Of a stretch of DNA of 64,000 nucleotides, positions 1-13,790 are shown piece by piece. Under the pieces are notes generated by a model. It was given only the letters and a program-made list of their open reading frames with translations. It did not search any database and was not told the origin of the DNA. The stretch lies in contig OZ024746.1 of NCBI GenBank assembly GCA_964016885.1, positions 52,948,001-53,012,000 on the forward strand, written 5' to 3'. Source of the stretch: Eledone cirrhosa. Its lineage: Eukaryota. Position 1 is the first letter of the stretch. Every line of letters starts with the position of its first letter. The position numbers and the translations under genes are program-made.

Positions 1-3000
1 TAGTGTTGTTGTTGTTATTGTAGTTAGTGGTTGCTGAGATGGTAGTGTTGTTGTTGTTGTTGTAGTTAGTAGTTGCTGTGATGGTAGTGTTGTTGTTGTT
101 GTTATTGTAGTTAGTGGTTGCTGAGATGGTAGTGTTGTTGTTGTTGTTGTAGTTAGTGGTTGATGTGATGGTAGTGTTGTTGTTGTTGTTATTGTAGTTA
201 GTGGTTGCTGTGATGGTAGTGTTGTTGTTGTTGTTATTGTAGTTAGTGGTTTCTGTGATGGTAGTGTTGTTGTTGTTGTTATTGTAGTTAGTGGTTGCTG
301 TGATGGTAGTGTTGTTGTTGTTATTGTAGTTAGTGGTTGCTGAGATGGTAGTGTTGTTGTTGTTGTTATAGGTAGTTAGTGGTTGCTGAGATGGTAGTGT
401 TGTTGTTGTTGTTATTGTAGTTAGTGGTTTCTGTGATGGTAGTGTTGTGGTTGTTGTTATTGTAGTTAAAGGTTGCTGTGATGGTAGTGTTGTTGTTGTT
501 ATTCTAGTTAGTGGTTGCTGAGATGATAGTGTTGTTGTTGTTGTTATTGTAGAAGGTGGTTTCTGTGATGGTAGTGTTGTTGTTGTTGTTATTGTAGTTA
601 GTGGTTGCGGAGATGGTAGTGTTGTTGTTGTTGTTATTGTAGTTAGAGTTTGCTGAGATGGTAGTGTTGTTGTTGTTGTTATTGTAGTTAGTGGTTGCTG
701 AGATGGTAGTGTTGTTGTTGTTGTTATTGTAGTTAGAGGTTGCTGTGATGGTAGTGTTGTTGTTGTTGTTATTGTAGTTAGTGGTTTCTGTGATGGTAGT
801 GTTGTTGTTGTTGTTATTGTAGTTAGTGGTTGCTGAGATAATAGTGTTGTTGTTGTTGTTATTGTAGTTAGTGGTTGCTGAGATGATAGTGTTGTTGTTG
901 TTGTTATTGTAGTTAGTGGTTGCTGAGATGGTAGTGTTGTTGTTGTTGTTATGTAGTTAGTGGTTTTTGTGATGGTAGTGTTGTTGTTGTTGTTATTGTA
1001 GTTAGTGGTTGCTGTGATGGTAGTGTTGTTGTTGTTATTGCAGTTAGTGGTTGCTGAGACGGTAGTGTTGTTGTTGTTGTTATTGTAGTTAGTGGTTGCT
1101 GAGATGGTAGCGTTGTTGCTGTTGTTATTGTAGTTAGTGGTTTCTGTGATGGTAGTGTTGTTGTTGTTGTTATTGTAGGTAGTGGTTGCTGTTTTGGTAG
1201 TGTTGTTGTTGTTATTCTAGTTAGTCGTTGCTGTGAAGGTAGTGTTGTTGTTGTTGTTATTGTAGTTAGTGGTTTCTGTGATGGTAGTGTTGTTGTTGTT
1301 ATTGTAGTTAGTGGTTGCTGAGATGGTAGTGTTGTTGTTAGTATTGTAGTTAGAGGTTGCTGAGATGGTAGTGTTGTTGTTGTTATTCTAGTTAGTGGTT
1401 GCTGTGATGGTAGTGTTGTTGTTATTATTGTAGTTAGAGGTTGCTGAGATGGTAGTGTTGTTGTTGTTATTCTAGTTAGTGGTTGCTGTGATGGTAGTGT
1501 TGTTGTTGTTGTTATTGTAGATAGTGGTTTCTGTGATTGTAGTGTTGATGTTGTTATTGTAGTTAGAGATTGCTGAGATGGTAGTGTTGTTGTTGTTGTT
1601 ATTGGTTGCTGTGATGTTAGTGTTGTTGTTGTTATTGTAGTTAGTGGTTGTTGTGATGGTAATGTTGTTCTTGTTGTTATTGTAGTTAGTGTTCGTTGTG
1701 ATGGTAGTGTTGTTGTTGTTGTTGTAGTTAGTGGTTGATGTGATGTTAGTGTTGTTATTGTTATTGTAGTTAGTGGTTGCTGTGATGGTAGTGTTGTTGT
1801 TGTTATTGTAGTTAGTGTTTGCTGAGATGGTAGTGTTGTTGTTGTTTTTATTGTAGTTAGTGGTTGCTGAGATGGTAGTGTTGTTTTTGTTATTGTAGTT
1901 AGTGGTTTCTGTGATGGTAGTGTTGTTGTTGTTGTTATTGTAGTTAGTGGTTGCTGAGATGGTAGTGTTGTTGTTGTGGTTATTGTAGTTAGTGGTTGCT
2001 GAGATGGCAGTGTTGTTGTTGTTATTGTAGCTAGTGGTTGCTGTGATGGTAATGTTGTTGTTGTTATTGTAGTTAGTGGTTGCTATGATGGTAGTGATGT
2101 TGTTGTTATTGTAGCTAGTGGTTGCTGTGTTGGTAGTGTTGTTGTTGTTATTGTAGTTAGTGGTTGCTATGATGGTAGTGTTGTTGTTGTTATTGTAGCT
2201 AGTGGTTGCTGTGATGGTAGTGTTTTTGTTGTTATTGTAGTTAGTGGTTGCTGTAATGGTAGTGTTGTTGTTGTTGTTATTGTAGTTAGTGGTTGCTGTG
2301 ATGGTAGTGTTGTTGTTGTTATTGTAGTTAGTGGTTGCTGTGATGGTAGTGTTGTTGTTGTTGTTATTGCAGTTAGTGGTTTCTGTGATGGTAGTGTTGT
2401 TGTTGTTATTGTAGTTAGTGGTTGCTGAGATAGTAGTGTTGTTGTTGTTGTTATTGTAGTTAGTGGTTTCTGTGATGGTAGTGTTGTTGTTGTTGTTATT
2501 GTAGTTAGTGGTTGCTGAGATGATAGTGTTGTTGTTGTTGTTATTGTAGTTAGTGTTTGCTGAGTTGGTAGTGTTGTTGTTGTTGTTATTGTAGTTAGTG
2601 GTTGCTGAGATGGTAGTGTTGTTGTTGTTGTTATTGTAGTTAGTGGTTGCTGTGATGGTAGTGTTGTTGTTGTTATTGTAGTTAGTGGTTGCTGAGATGG
2701 TAGTGTTGTTGTTGTTGTTGTAGTTAGTAGTTGCTGTGATGGTAGTGTTGTTGTTGTTGTTATTGTAGTTAGTGGTTGCTGAGATGGTAGTGTTGTTGTT
2801 GTTGTTGTAGTTAGTAGTTGCTGTGATGGTAGTGTTGTTGTTGTTGTTATTGTAGTTAGTGGTTGCTGAGATGGTAGTGTTGTTGTTGTTGTTGTAGTTA
2901 GTGGTTGATGAGATGGTAGTGTTGTTGTTGTTGTTATTGTAGTTAGTGGTTGCTGTGATGGTAGTGTTGTTGTTGTTGTTATTGTAGTTAGTGGTTTCTG

Positions 3001-5200
3001 TGATGGTAGTGTTGTTGTTGTTGTTATTGTAGTTAGTGGTTGCTGTGATGGTAGTGTTGTTGTTGTTGTTATTGTAGTTAGTGGTTGCTGTGATGGTAGT
3101 GTTGTTGTTGTTATTGTAGTTAGTGGTTGCTGAGATGGTAGTGTTGTTGTTGTTGTTGTAGTTAGTAGTTGCTGTGATGGTAGTGTTGTTGTTGTTGTTA
3201 TTGTAGTTAGTGGTTGCTGAGATGGTAGTGTTGTTGTTGTTGTTGTAGTTAGTGGTTGATGAGATGGTAGTGTTGTTGTTGTTGTTATTGTAGTTAGTGG
3301 TTGCTGTGATGGTAGTGTTGTTGTTGTTGTTATTGTAGTTAGTGGTTTCTGTGATGGTAGTGTTGTTGTTGTTGTTATTGTAGTTAGTGGTTGCTGAGAT
3401 GGTAGTGTTGTTGTTGTTGTTATAGGTAGTTAGTGGTTGCTGAGATGGTAGTGTTGTTGTTGTTGTTATTGTAGTTAGTGGTTTCTGTGATGGTAGTGTT
3501 GTTGTTGTTGTTATTGTAGTTATAGGTTGCTGTGATGGTAGTGTTGTTGTTGTTATTCTAGTTAGTGGTTGCTGAGATGGTAGTGTTGTTGTTGTTGTTA
3601 TTGTAGAAGGTGGTTTCTGTGATGGTAGTGTTGTTGTTGTTGTTATTGTAGTTAGTGGTTGCGGAGATGGTAGTGTTGTTGTTGTTGTTATTGTAGTTAG
3701 AGTTTGCTGAGATGGTAGTGTTGTTGTTGTTGTTATTGTAGTTAGTGGTTGCTGAGATGGTAGTGTTGTTGTTGTTGTTATTGTAGTTAGAGGTTGCTGT
3801 GATGGTAGTGTTGTTGTTGTTGTTATTGTAGTTAGTGGTTGTTGTGATGGTAATGTTGTTGTTGTTGTTATTGTAGTTAGTGTTCGTTGTGATGGTAGTG
3901 TTGTTGTTGTTGTTGTAGTTAGTGGTTGATGTGATGTTAGTGTTGTTATTGTTATTGTAGTTAGTGGTTGTTGTGATGGTAGTGTTGTTGTTGTTGTTGT
4001 TGTAGTTAGTAGTTGATGTGATCGTAGTGTTGTTGTTGTTATTGTAGTTACTGGTTGTTGTGATGGTAGTGTTGTTGTTGTTGTTGTAGTTAGTGGTTGA
4101 TGTGATGGCAGTGTTGTTGTTGTTATTGTAGTTAGTGGTTGTTGTGATGGTAGTGTTGTTGTTATTGTTATTGTAATTAGAGGTTGCTGTGATGGTAGTG
4201 TTGTTGTTGTTATTGTAGTTAGTGGTTGCTGAGATGGTAGTGTTGTTGTTGTTTTTATTGTACTTAGTGGTTGCTGAGATGGTAGTGTTGTTGTTGTTGT
4301 TATTGTAGTTAGTGGTTTCTGTGATGGTAGTGTTGTTGTTGTTATTGTAGTTAGTGGTTGCTGAGATGGTAGTGTTGTTGTTGTTATTGTAGTTAGTGGT
4401 TGCTGAGATGGTATGTTTTTGTTGTTGTTATTGTAGTTAGTGGTTGCTGAGATGGTAGTGTTGTTGTTATTGTAGTTAGTGGTTTCTGTGATGGTAGTGT
4501 TGTTGTTGTTGTTATTGTAGTTAGTGGTTGCTGAGATGATAGTGTTGTTGTTGTTGTTATTGTAGTTAGTGGTTGCTGAGATGGTAGTGTTTTTGTTGTT
4601 GTTATTGTAGTTAGTGGTTTCTGTGATGGTAGTGTTGTTGTTGTTGTTATTGTAGTTAGTGGTTGCTGAGATAGTAGTGTTGATGTTGTTGTTATTGTAG
4701 TTAGTGGTTGCTGAGATGGTAGTGTTTTTGTTGTTGTTATTGTAGTTAGTGGTTGCTGAGATGGTAGTGTTGTTGTTGTTGTTATTGTAGTTATTGGTTT
4801 CTGTGATGGTAGTGTTGTTGTTGTTGTTATTGTAGTTAGTGGTTCCTGAGATGGTGGTGTTGTTGTTGTTGTTATTGTAGTTAGTGGTTTCTGTGATGGT
4901 AGTGTTGTTGTTGTTGTTATTGTAGTTAGTGGTTGCTGTGATGGTAGTGTTGTTGTTGTTATTCTAGTTAGTGGTTGCCGTGATGGTAGTGTTGTTGTTG
5001 TTGTTATTGTAGTTAGAGGTTGCTGTGATGGTAGTGTTGTTGTTGTTATTGTAGTTAGTGGTTGCTGAGATGGTAGTGTTGTTGTTGTTGTTATTGTAGT
5101 TAGTGGTTTCTGTGATGGTAGTGTTGTTGTTGTTATTGTAGTTAGTGGTTGCTGAGATGGTAGTGTTGTTGTTGTTGTTATTGTAGTTAGTGGTTGCTGT
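1..5200. repeat. Large intra-array duplication, copy A (left end outside window); partner at ~8555-13790
   Basis: Rare variants recur at near-constant offset: ATTGCAG 1041/9595, GAGACGG 1060/9614, GTAGCG 1111/9665 (offset 8554); TGATCG 4023/12619, TTCCTGAGATGGTGG 4845/13441, TTGCCG 4978/13574 (offset 8596). Boundaries approximate. Confidence 0.9.
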
Positions 5201-8200
5201 GATGGTAGTGTTGTTGTTGTTATTGTAGTTAGTGGTTGCTGAGATGGTAGTGTTGTTGTTGTTGTTGTAGTTAGTAGTTGCTGTGATGGTAGTGTTGTTG
5301 TTGTTGTTATTGTAGTTAGTGGTTGCTGAGATGGTAGTGTTGTTGTTGTTGTTGTAGTTAGTGGTTGATGAGATGGTAGTGTTGTTGTTGTTGTTATTGT
5401 AGTTAGTGGTTGCTGTGATGGTAGTGTTGTTGTTGTTGTTATAGGTAGTTAGTGGTTGCTGAGATGGTAGTGTTGATGTTGTTGTTATAGGTAATTAGTG
5501 GTTGCTGAGATGGTAGTGTTGATGTTGTTGTTATAGGTAGTTAGTGGTTGCTGAGATGGTAGTGTTGATGTTGTTGTTATTGTAGTTAGTGGTTTCTGTG
5601 ATGGTAGTGTTGTTGTTGTTGTTATTGTAGTTAAAGGTTGCTGTGATGGTAGTGTTGTTGTTGTTATTCTAGTTAGTGGTTGCTGAGATGATAGTGTTGT
5701 TGTTGTTGTTATTGTAGTTAGTGGTTTCTGTGATGGTAGTGTTGTTGTTGTTGTTATAGGTAGTTAGTGGTTGCTGAGATGGTAGTGTTGATGTTGTTGT
5801 TATTGTAGTTAGTGGTTTCTGTGATGGTAGTGTTGTTGTTGTTGTTATTGTAGTTAAAGGTTGCTGTGATGGTAGTGTTGTTGTTGTTATTCTAGTTAGT
5901 GGTTGCTGAGATGATAGTGTTGTTGTTGTTGTTATTGTAGAAGGTGGTTTCTGTGATGGTAGTGTTGTTGTTGTTGTTATTGTAGTTAGTGGTTTCTGTG
6001 ATGGTAGTGTTGTTGTTGTTATTGTAGTTAGTGGTTGCTGTGATGGTAGTGTTGTTGTTGTTGTTATTGTAGTTAGTGGTTGCTGTGATGGTAGTGTTGT
6101 TGTTGTTATTGTAGTTAGTGGTTGCTGAGATGGTAGTGTTGTTGTTGTTGTTATTGTAGTTAGTGGTTTCTGTGATGGTAGTGTTGTTGTTGTTGTTATT
6201 GTAGTTAGTGGTTGCTGTGATGGTAGTGTTGTTGTTGTTCTTATTGTAGTTAGTGGTTGCTGAGATAGTAGTGTTGTTGTTGTTGTTATTGTAGTTAGTG
6301 GTTTCTGTGATGGTAGTGTTGTTGTTGTTGTTATTGTAGTTAGTGGTTGCTGTGATGGTAGTGTTGTTGTTGTTGTTATTGTAGTTAGTGGTTGCTGTGA
6401 TGGTAGTGTTGTTGTTGTTATTGTAGTTAGTGGTTGCTGAGATGGTAGTGTTGTTGTTGTTGTTGTAGTTAGTAGTTGCTGTGATGGTAGTGTTGTTGTT
6501 GTTGTTATTGTAGTTAGTGGTTGCTGAGATGGTAGTGTTGTTGTTGTTGTTGTAGTTAGTGGTTGATGAGATGGTAGTGTTGTTGTTGTTGTTATTGTAG
6601 TTAGTGGTTGCTGTGATGGTAGTGTTGTTGTTGTTGTTATTGTAGTTAGTGGTTTCTGTGATGGTAGTGTTGTTGTTGTTGTTATTGTAGTTAGTGGTTG
6701 CTGTGATGGTAGTGTTGTTGTTGTTATTGTAGTTAGTGGTTGCTGAGTTGGTAGTGTTGTTGTTGTTGTTATAGGTAGTTAGTGGTTGCTGAGATGGTAG
6801 TGTTGTTGTTGTTGTTATTGTTGTTAGTGGTTTCTGTGATGGTAGTGTTGTTGTTGTTGTTATTGTAGTTAAAGGTTGCTGTGATGGTAGTGTTGTTGTT
6901 GTTATTCTAGTTAGTGGTTGCTGAGATGATAGTGTTGTTGTTGTTGTTATTGTAGAAGGTGGTTTCTGTGATGGTAGTGTTGTTGTTGTTGTTATTGTAG
7001 TTAGTGGTTGCGGAGATGGTAGTGTTGTTGTTGTTGTTATTGTAGTTAGAGTTTGCTGAGATGGTAGTGTTGTTGTTGTTGTTATTGTAGTTAGTGGTTT
7101 CTGTGATGGTAGTGTTGTTGTTGTTGTTATTGTAGTTAGAGTTTGCTGAGATGGTAGTGTTGTTGTTGTTGTTATTGTAGTTAGTGGTTGCTGAGATGGT
7201 AGTGTTGTTGTTGTTGTTATTGTAGTTACAGGTTGCTGTGATGGTAGTCTTGTTGTTGTTGTTATTGTAGTTAGTGGTTTCTGTGATGGTAGTGTTGTTG
7301 TTGTTGTTATTGTAGTTAGTGGTTGCTGAGATAATAGTGTTGTTGTTGTTGTTATTGTAGTTAGTGGTTGCTGAGATGATAGTGTTGTTGTTGTTGTTAT
7401 TGTAGTTAGTGGTTGCTGAGATGGTAGTGTTGTTGTTGTTGTTATGTAGTTAGTGGTTTTTGTGATGGTAGTGTTGTTGTTGTTGTTATTGTAGTTAGTG
7501 GTTGCTGTGATGGTAGTGTTGTTGTTGTTATTGTAGTTAGTGGTTGCTGAGATGGTAGTGTTGTTGTAGTTATTGTAGTTAGTGGTTGCTGAGATGGTAG
7601 TGTTGTTGTTGTTGTTATGTAGTTAGTGGTTTTTGTGATGGTAGTGTTGTTGTTGTTGTTATTGTAGTTAGTGGTTGCTGTGATGGTAGTGTTGTTGTAG
7701 TTATTGTAGTTAGTGGTTGCTGAGATGGTAGTGTTGTTGTTGTTGTTATGTAGTTAGTGGTTTTTGTGATGGTAGTGTTGTTGTTGTTGTTATTGTAGTT
7801 AGTGGTTGCTGTGATGGTAGTGTTGTTGTTGTTATTGTAGTTAGTGGTTGCTGAGATGGTAGTGTTGTTGTTGTTGTTATTGTAGTTAGTGGTTGCTGAG
7901 ATGGTAGTGTTGTTGCTGTTGTTATTGTAGTTACTGGTTTCTGTGATGGTAGAGTTGTTGTTGTTGTTATTGTAGTTAGTGGTTGCTGTGTTGGTAGTGT
8001 TGTTGTTGTTATTCTAGTTAGTGGTTGCTGTGAAGGTAGTGTTGTTGTTGTTGTTATTGTAGTTAGTGGTTTCTGTGATGGTAGTGTTGTTGTTGTTATT
8101 GTAGTTAGTGGTTGCTGAGATGGTAGTGTTGTTGTTAGTATTGTAGTTAGAGGTTGCTGAGATGGTAGTGTTGTTGTTGTTATTCTAGTTAGTGGTTGCT

Positions 8201-8554
8201 TTGATGGTAGTGTTGTTGTTATTATTGTAGTTAGAGGTTGCTGAGATGGTAGTGTTGTTGTTGTTATTCTAGTTAGTGGTTGCTGAGATAGTAGTGTTGT
8301 TGTTGTTGTTATTGTAGTTAGTGGTTTCTGTGATGGTAGTGTTGTTGTTGTTGTTATTGTAGTTAGTGGTTGCTGAGATGATAGTGTTCTTGTTGTTGTT
8401 ATTGTAGTTAGTGTTTGCTGAGTTGGTAGTGTTGTTGTTATTGTAGTTAGTGGTTTCTGTGATGGTAGTGTTGTTGTTGTTGTTATTGTAGTTAGTGGTT
8501 GCTGTGATGGTAGTGTTGTTGTTGTTGTTATTGTAGTTAGTGGTTGCTGTGATG

Positions 8555-11500
8555 GTAGTGTTGTTGTTGTTATTGTAGTTAGTGGTTGCTGAGATGGTAG
8601 TGTTGTTGTTGTTGTTGTAGTTAGTAGTTGCTGTGATGGTAGTGTTGTTGTTGTTGTTATTGTAGTTAGTGGTTGCTGAGATGGTAGTGTTGTTGTTGTT
8701 GTTGTAGTTAGTGGTTGATGTGATGGTAGTGTTGTTGTTGTTGTTATTGTAGTTAGTGGTTGCTGTGATGGTAGTGTTGTTGTTGTTGTTATTGTAGTTA
8801 GTGGTTTCTGTGATGGTAGTGTTGTTGTTGTTGTTATTGTAGTTAGTGGTTGCTGTGATGGTAGTGTTGTTGTTGTTATTGTAGTTAGTGGTTGCTGAGA
8901 TGGTAGTGTTGTTGTTGTTGTTATAGGTAGTTAGTGGTTGCTGAGATGGTAGTGTTGTTGTTGTTGTTATTGTAGTTAGTGGTTTCTGTGATGGTAGTGT
9001 TGTGGTTGTTGTTATTGTAGTTAAAGGTTGCTGTGATGGTAGTGTTGTTGTTGTTATTCTAGTTAGTGGTTGCTGAATTATAGTGTTGTTGTTGTTGTTA
9101 TTGTAGAAGGTGGTTTCTGTGATGGTAGTGTTGTTGTTGTTGTTATTGTAGTTAGTGGTTGCGGAGATGGTAGTGTTGTTGTTGTTGTTATTGTAGTTAG
9201 AGTTTGCTGAGATGGTAGTGTTGTTGTTGTTGTTATTGTAGTTAGTGGTTGCTGAGATGGTAGTGTTGTTGTTGTTGTTATTGTAGTTAGAGGTTGCTGT
9301 GATGGTAGTGTTGTTGTTGTTGTTATTGTAGTTAGTGGTTTCTGTGATGCTAGTGTTGTTGTTGTTGTTATTGTAGTTAGTGGTTGCTGAGATAATAGTG
9401 TTGTTGTTGTTGTTATTGTAGTTAGTGGTTGCTGAGATGATAGTGTTGTTGTTGTTGTTATTGTAGTTAGTGGTTGCTGAGATGGTAGTGTTGTTGTTGT
9501 TGTTATGTAGTTAGTGGTTTTTGTGATGGTAGTGTTGTTGTTGTTGTTATTGTAGTTAGTGGTTGCTGTGATGGTAGTGTTGTTGTTGTTATTGCAGTTA
9601 GTGGTTGCTGAGACGGTAGTGTTGTTGTTGTTGTTATTGTAGTTAGTGGTTGCTGAGATGGTAGCGTTGTTGCTGTTGTTATTGTAGTTAGTGGTTTCTG
9701 TGATGGTAGTGTTGTTGTTGTTGTTATTGTAGGTAGTGGTTGCTGTTTTGGTAGTGTTGTTGTTGTTATTCTAGTTAGTCGTTGCTGTGAAGGTAGTGTT
9801 GTTGTTGTTGTTATTGTAGTTAGTGGTTTCTGTGATGGTAGTGTTGTTGTTGTTATTGTAGTTAGTGGTTGCTGAGATGGTAGTGTTGTTGTTAGTATTG
9901 TAGTTAGAGGTTGCTGAGATGGTAGTGTTGTTGTTGTTATTCTAGTTAGTGGTTGCTGTGATGGTAGTGTTGTTGTTATTATTGTAGTTAGAGGTTGCTG
10001 AGATGGTAGTGTTGTTGTTGTTATTCTAGTTAGTGGTTGCTGTGATGGTAGTGTTGTTGTTGTTGTTATTGTAGATAGTGGTTTCTGTGATTGTAGTGTT
10101 GATGTTGTTATTGTAGTTAGAGATTGCTGAGATGGTAGTGTTGTTGTTGTTGTTATTGGTTGCTGTGATGTTAGTGTTGTTGTTGTTATTGTAGTTAGTG
10201 GTTGTTGTGATGGTAATGTTGTTCTTGTTGTTATTGTAGTTAGTGTTCGTTGTGATGGTAGTGTTGTTGTTGTTGTTGTAGTTAGTGGTTGATGTGATGT
10301 TAGTGTTGTTATTGTTATTGTAGTTAGTGGTTGCTGTGATGGTAGTGTTGTTGTTGTTATTGTAGTTAGTGTTTGCTGAGATGGTAGTGTTGTTGTTGTT
10401 TTTATTGTAGTTAGTGGTTGCTGAGATGGTAGTGTTGTTTTTGTTATTGTAGTTAGTGGTTTCTGTGATGGTAGTGTTGTTGTTGTTGTTATTGTAGTTA
10501 GTGGTTGCTGAGATGGTAGTGTTGTTGTTGTGGTTATTGTAGTTAGTGGTTGCTGAGATGGCAGTGTTGTTGTTGTTATTGTAGCTAGTGGTTGCTGTGA
10601 TGGTAATGTTGTTGTTGTTATTGTAGTTAGTGGTTGCTATGATGGTAGTGATGTTGTTGTTATTGTAGCTAGTGGTTGCTGTGTTGGTAGTGTTGTTGTT
10701 GTTATTGTAGTTAGTGGTTGCTATGATGGTAGTGTTGTTGTTGTTATTGTAGCTAGTGGTTGCTGTGATGGTAGTGTTTTTGTTGTTATTGTAGTTAGTG
10801 GTTGCTGTAATGGTAGTGTTGTTGTTGTTGTTATTGTAGTTAGTGGTTGCTGTGATGGTAGTGTTGTTGTTGTTATTGTAGTTAGTGGTTGCTGTGATGG
10901 TAGTGTTGTTGTTGTTATTGCAGTTAGTGGTTTCTGTGATGGTAGTGTTGTTGTTGTTATTGTAGTTAGTGGTTGCTGAGATAGTAGTGTTGTTGTTGTT
11001 GTTATTGTAGTTAGTGGTTTCTGTGATGGTAGTGTTGTTGTTGTTGTTATTGTAGTTAGTGGTTGCTGAGATGATAGTGTTGTTGTTGTTGTTATTGTAG
11101 TTAGTGTTTGCTGAGTTGGTAGTGTTGTTGTTGTTGTTATTGTAGTTAGTGGTTGCTGAGATGGTAGTGTTGTTGTTGTTGTTATTGTAGTTAGTGGTTG
11201 CTGTGATGGTAGTGTTGTTGTTGTTATTGTAGTTAGTGGTTGCTGAGATGGTAGTGTTGTTGTTGTTGTTGTAGTTAGTAGTTGCTGTGATGGTAGTGTT
11301 GTTGTTGTTGTTATTGTAGTTAGTGGTTGCTGAGATGGTAGTGTTGTTGTTGTTGTTGTAGTTAGTAGTTGCTGTGATGGTAGTGTTGTTGTTGTTGTTA
11401 TTGTAGTTAGTGGTTGCTGAGATGGTAGTGTTGTTGTTGTTGTTGTAGTTAGTGGTTGATGAGATGGTAGTGTTGTTGTTGTTGTTATTGTAGTTAGTGG

Positions 11501-13790
11501 TTGCTGTGATGGTAGTGTTGTTGTTGTTGTTATTGTAGTTAGTGGTTTCTGTGATGGTAGTGTTGTTGTTGTTGTTATTGTAGTTAGTGGTTGCTGTGAT
11601 GGTAGTGTTGTTGTTGTTGTTATTGTAGTTAGTGGTTGCTGTGATGGTAGTGTTGTTGTTGTTATTGTAGTTAGTGGTTGCTGAGATGGTAGTGTTGTTG
11701 TTGTTGTTGTAGTTAGTAGTTGCTGTGATGGTAGTGTTGTTGTTGTTGTTATTGTAGTTAGTGGTTGCTGAGATGGTAGTGTTGTTGTTGTTGTTGTAGT
11801 TAGTGGTTGATGAGATGGTAGTGTTGTTGTTGTTGTTATTGTAGTTAGTGGTTGCTGTGATGGTAGTGTTGTTGTTGTTGTTATTGTAGTTAGTGGTTTC
11901 TGTGATGGTAGTGTTGTTGTTGTTGTTATTGTAGTTAGTGGTTGCTGAGATGGTAGTGTTGTTGTTGTTGTTATAGGTAGTTAGTGGTTGCTGAGATGGT
12001 AGTGTTGTTGTTGTTGTTATTGTAGTTAGTGGTTTCTGTGATGGTAGTGTTGTTGTTGTTGTTATTGTAGTTATAGGTTGCTGTGATGGTAGTGTTGTTG
12101 TTGTTATTCTAGTTAGTGGTTGCTGAGATGGTAGTGTTGTTGTTGTTGTTATTGTAGAAGGTGGTTTCTGTGATGGTAGTGTTGTTGTTGTTGTTATTGT
12201 AGTTAGTGGTTGCGGAGATGGTAGTGTTGTTGTTGTTGTTATTGTAGTTAGAGTTTGCTGAGATGGTAGTGTTGTTGTTGTTGTTATTGTAGTTAGTGGT
12301 TGCTGAGATGGTAGTGTTGTTGTTGTTGTTATTGTAGTTAGAGGTTGCTGTGATGGTAGTGTTGTTGTTGTTGTTATTGTAGTTAGTGGTTTCTGTGATG
12401 GTAGTGTTGTTGTTGTTGTTATTGTAGTTAGTGGTTGTTGTGATGGTAATGTTGTTGTTGTTGTTATTGTAGTTAGTGTTCGTTGTGATGGTAGTGTTGT
12501 TGTTGTTGTTGTAGTTAGTGGTTGATGTGATGTTAGTGTTGTTATTGTTATTGTAGTTAGTGGTTGTTGTGATGGTAGTGTTGTTGTTGTTGTTGTTGTA
12601 GTTAGTAGTTGATGTGATCGTAGTGTTGTTGTTGTTATTGTAGTTACTGGTTGTTGTGATGGTAGTGTTGTTGTTGTTGTTGTAGTTAGTGGTTGATGTG
12701 ATGGCAGTGTTGTTGTTGTTATTGTAGTTAGTGGTTGTTGTGATGGTAGTGTTGTTGTTATTGTTATTGTAATTAGAGGTTGCTGTGATGGTAGTGTTGT
12801 TGTTGTTATTGTAGTTAGTGGTTGCTGAGATGGTAGTGTTGTTGTTGTTTTTATTGTACTTAGTGGTTGCTGAGATGGTAGTGTTGTTGTTGTTGTTATT
12901 GTAGTTAGTGGTTTCTGTGATGGTAGTGTTGTTGTTGTTATTGTAGTTAGTGGTTGCTGAGATGGTAGTGTTGTTGTTGTTATTGTAGTTAGTGGTTGCT
13001 GAGATGGTATGTTTTTGTTGTTGTTATTGTAGTTAGTGGTTGCTGAGATGGTAGTGTTGTTGTTATTGTAGTTAGTGGTTTCTGTGATGGTAGTGTTGTT
13101 GTTGTTGTTATTGTAGTTAGTGGTTGCTGAGATGATAGTGTTGTTGTTGTTGTTATTGTAGTTAGTGGTTGCTGAGATGGTAGTGTTTTTGTTGTTGTTA
13201 TTGTAGTTAGTGGTTTCTGTGATGGTAGTGTTGTTGTTGTTGTTATTGTAGTTAGTGGTTGCTGAGATAGTAGTGTTGATGTTGTTGTTATTGTAGTTAG
13301 TGGTTGCTGAGATGGTAGTGTTTTTGTTGTTGTTATTGTAGTTAGTGGTTGCTGAGATGGTAGTGTTGTTGTTGTTGTTATTGTAGTTATTGGTTTCTGT
13401 GATGGTAGTGTTGTTGTTGTTGTTATTGTAGTTAGTGGTTCCTGAGATGGTGGTGTTGTTGTTGTTGTTATTGTAGTTAGTGGTTTCTGTGATGGTAGTG
13501 TTGTTGTTGTTGTTATTGTAGTTAGTGGTTGCTGTGATGGTAGTGTTGTTGTTGTTATTCTAGTTAGTGGTTGCCGTGATGGTAGTGTTGTTGTTGTTGT
13601 TATTGTAGTTAGAGGTTGCTGTGATGGTAGTGTTGTTGTTGTTATTGTAGTTAGTGGTTGCTGAGATGGTAGTGTTGTTGTTGTTGTTATTGTAGTTAGT
13701 GGTTTCTGTGATGGTAGTGTTGTTGTTGTTATTGTAGTTAGTGGTTGCTGAGATGGTAGTGTTGTTGTTGTTGTTATTGTAGTTAGAGGT
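8555..13790. repeat. Large intra-array duplication, copy B; partner at 1-~5200
   Basis: Same ordered rare variants as 1-5200. Differs by a 1-bp deletion near 9077 (GCTGAATTATAG), one GTT and one extra 45-bp monomer. Boundaries approximate. Confidence 0.9.

Noticed and set aside
5441-5540. Three successive +1 insertions as a compensatory, frame-restoring event
   Set aside because: Reading through them on the - strand passes into the frame containing CAC TAA, so translation would stop.
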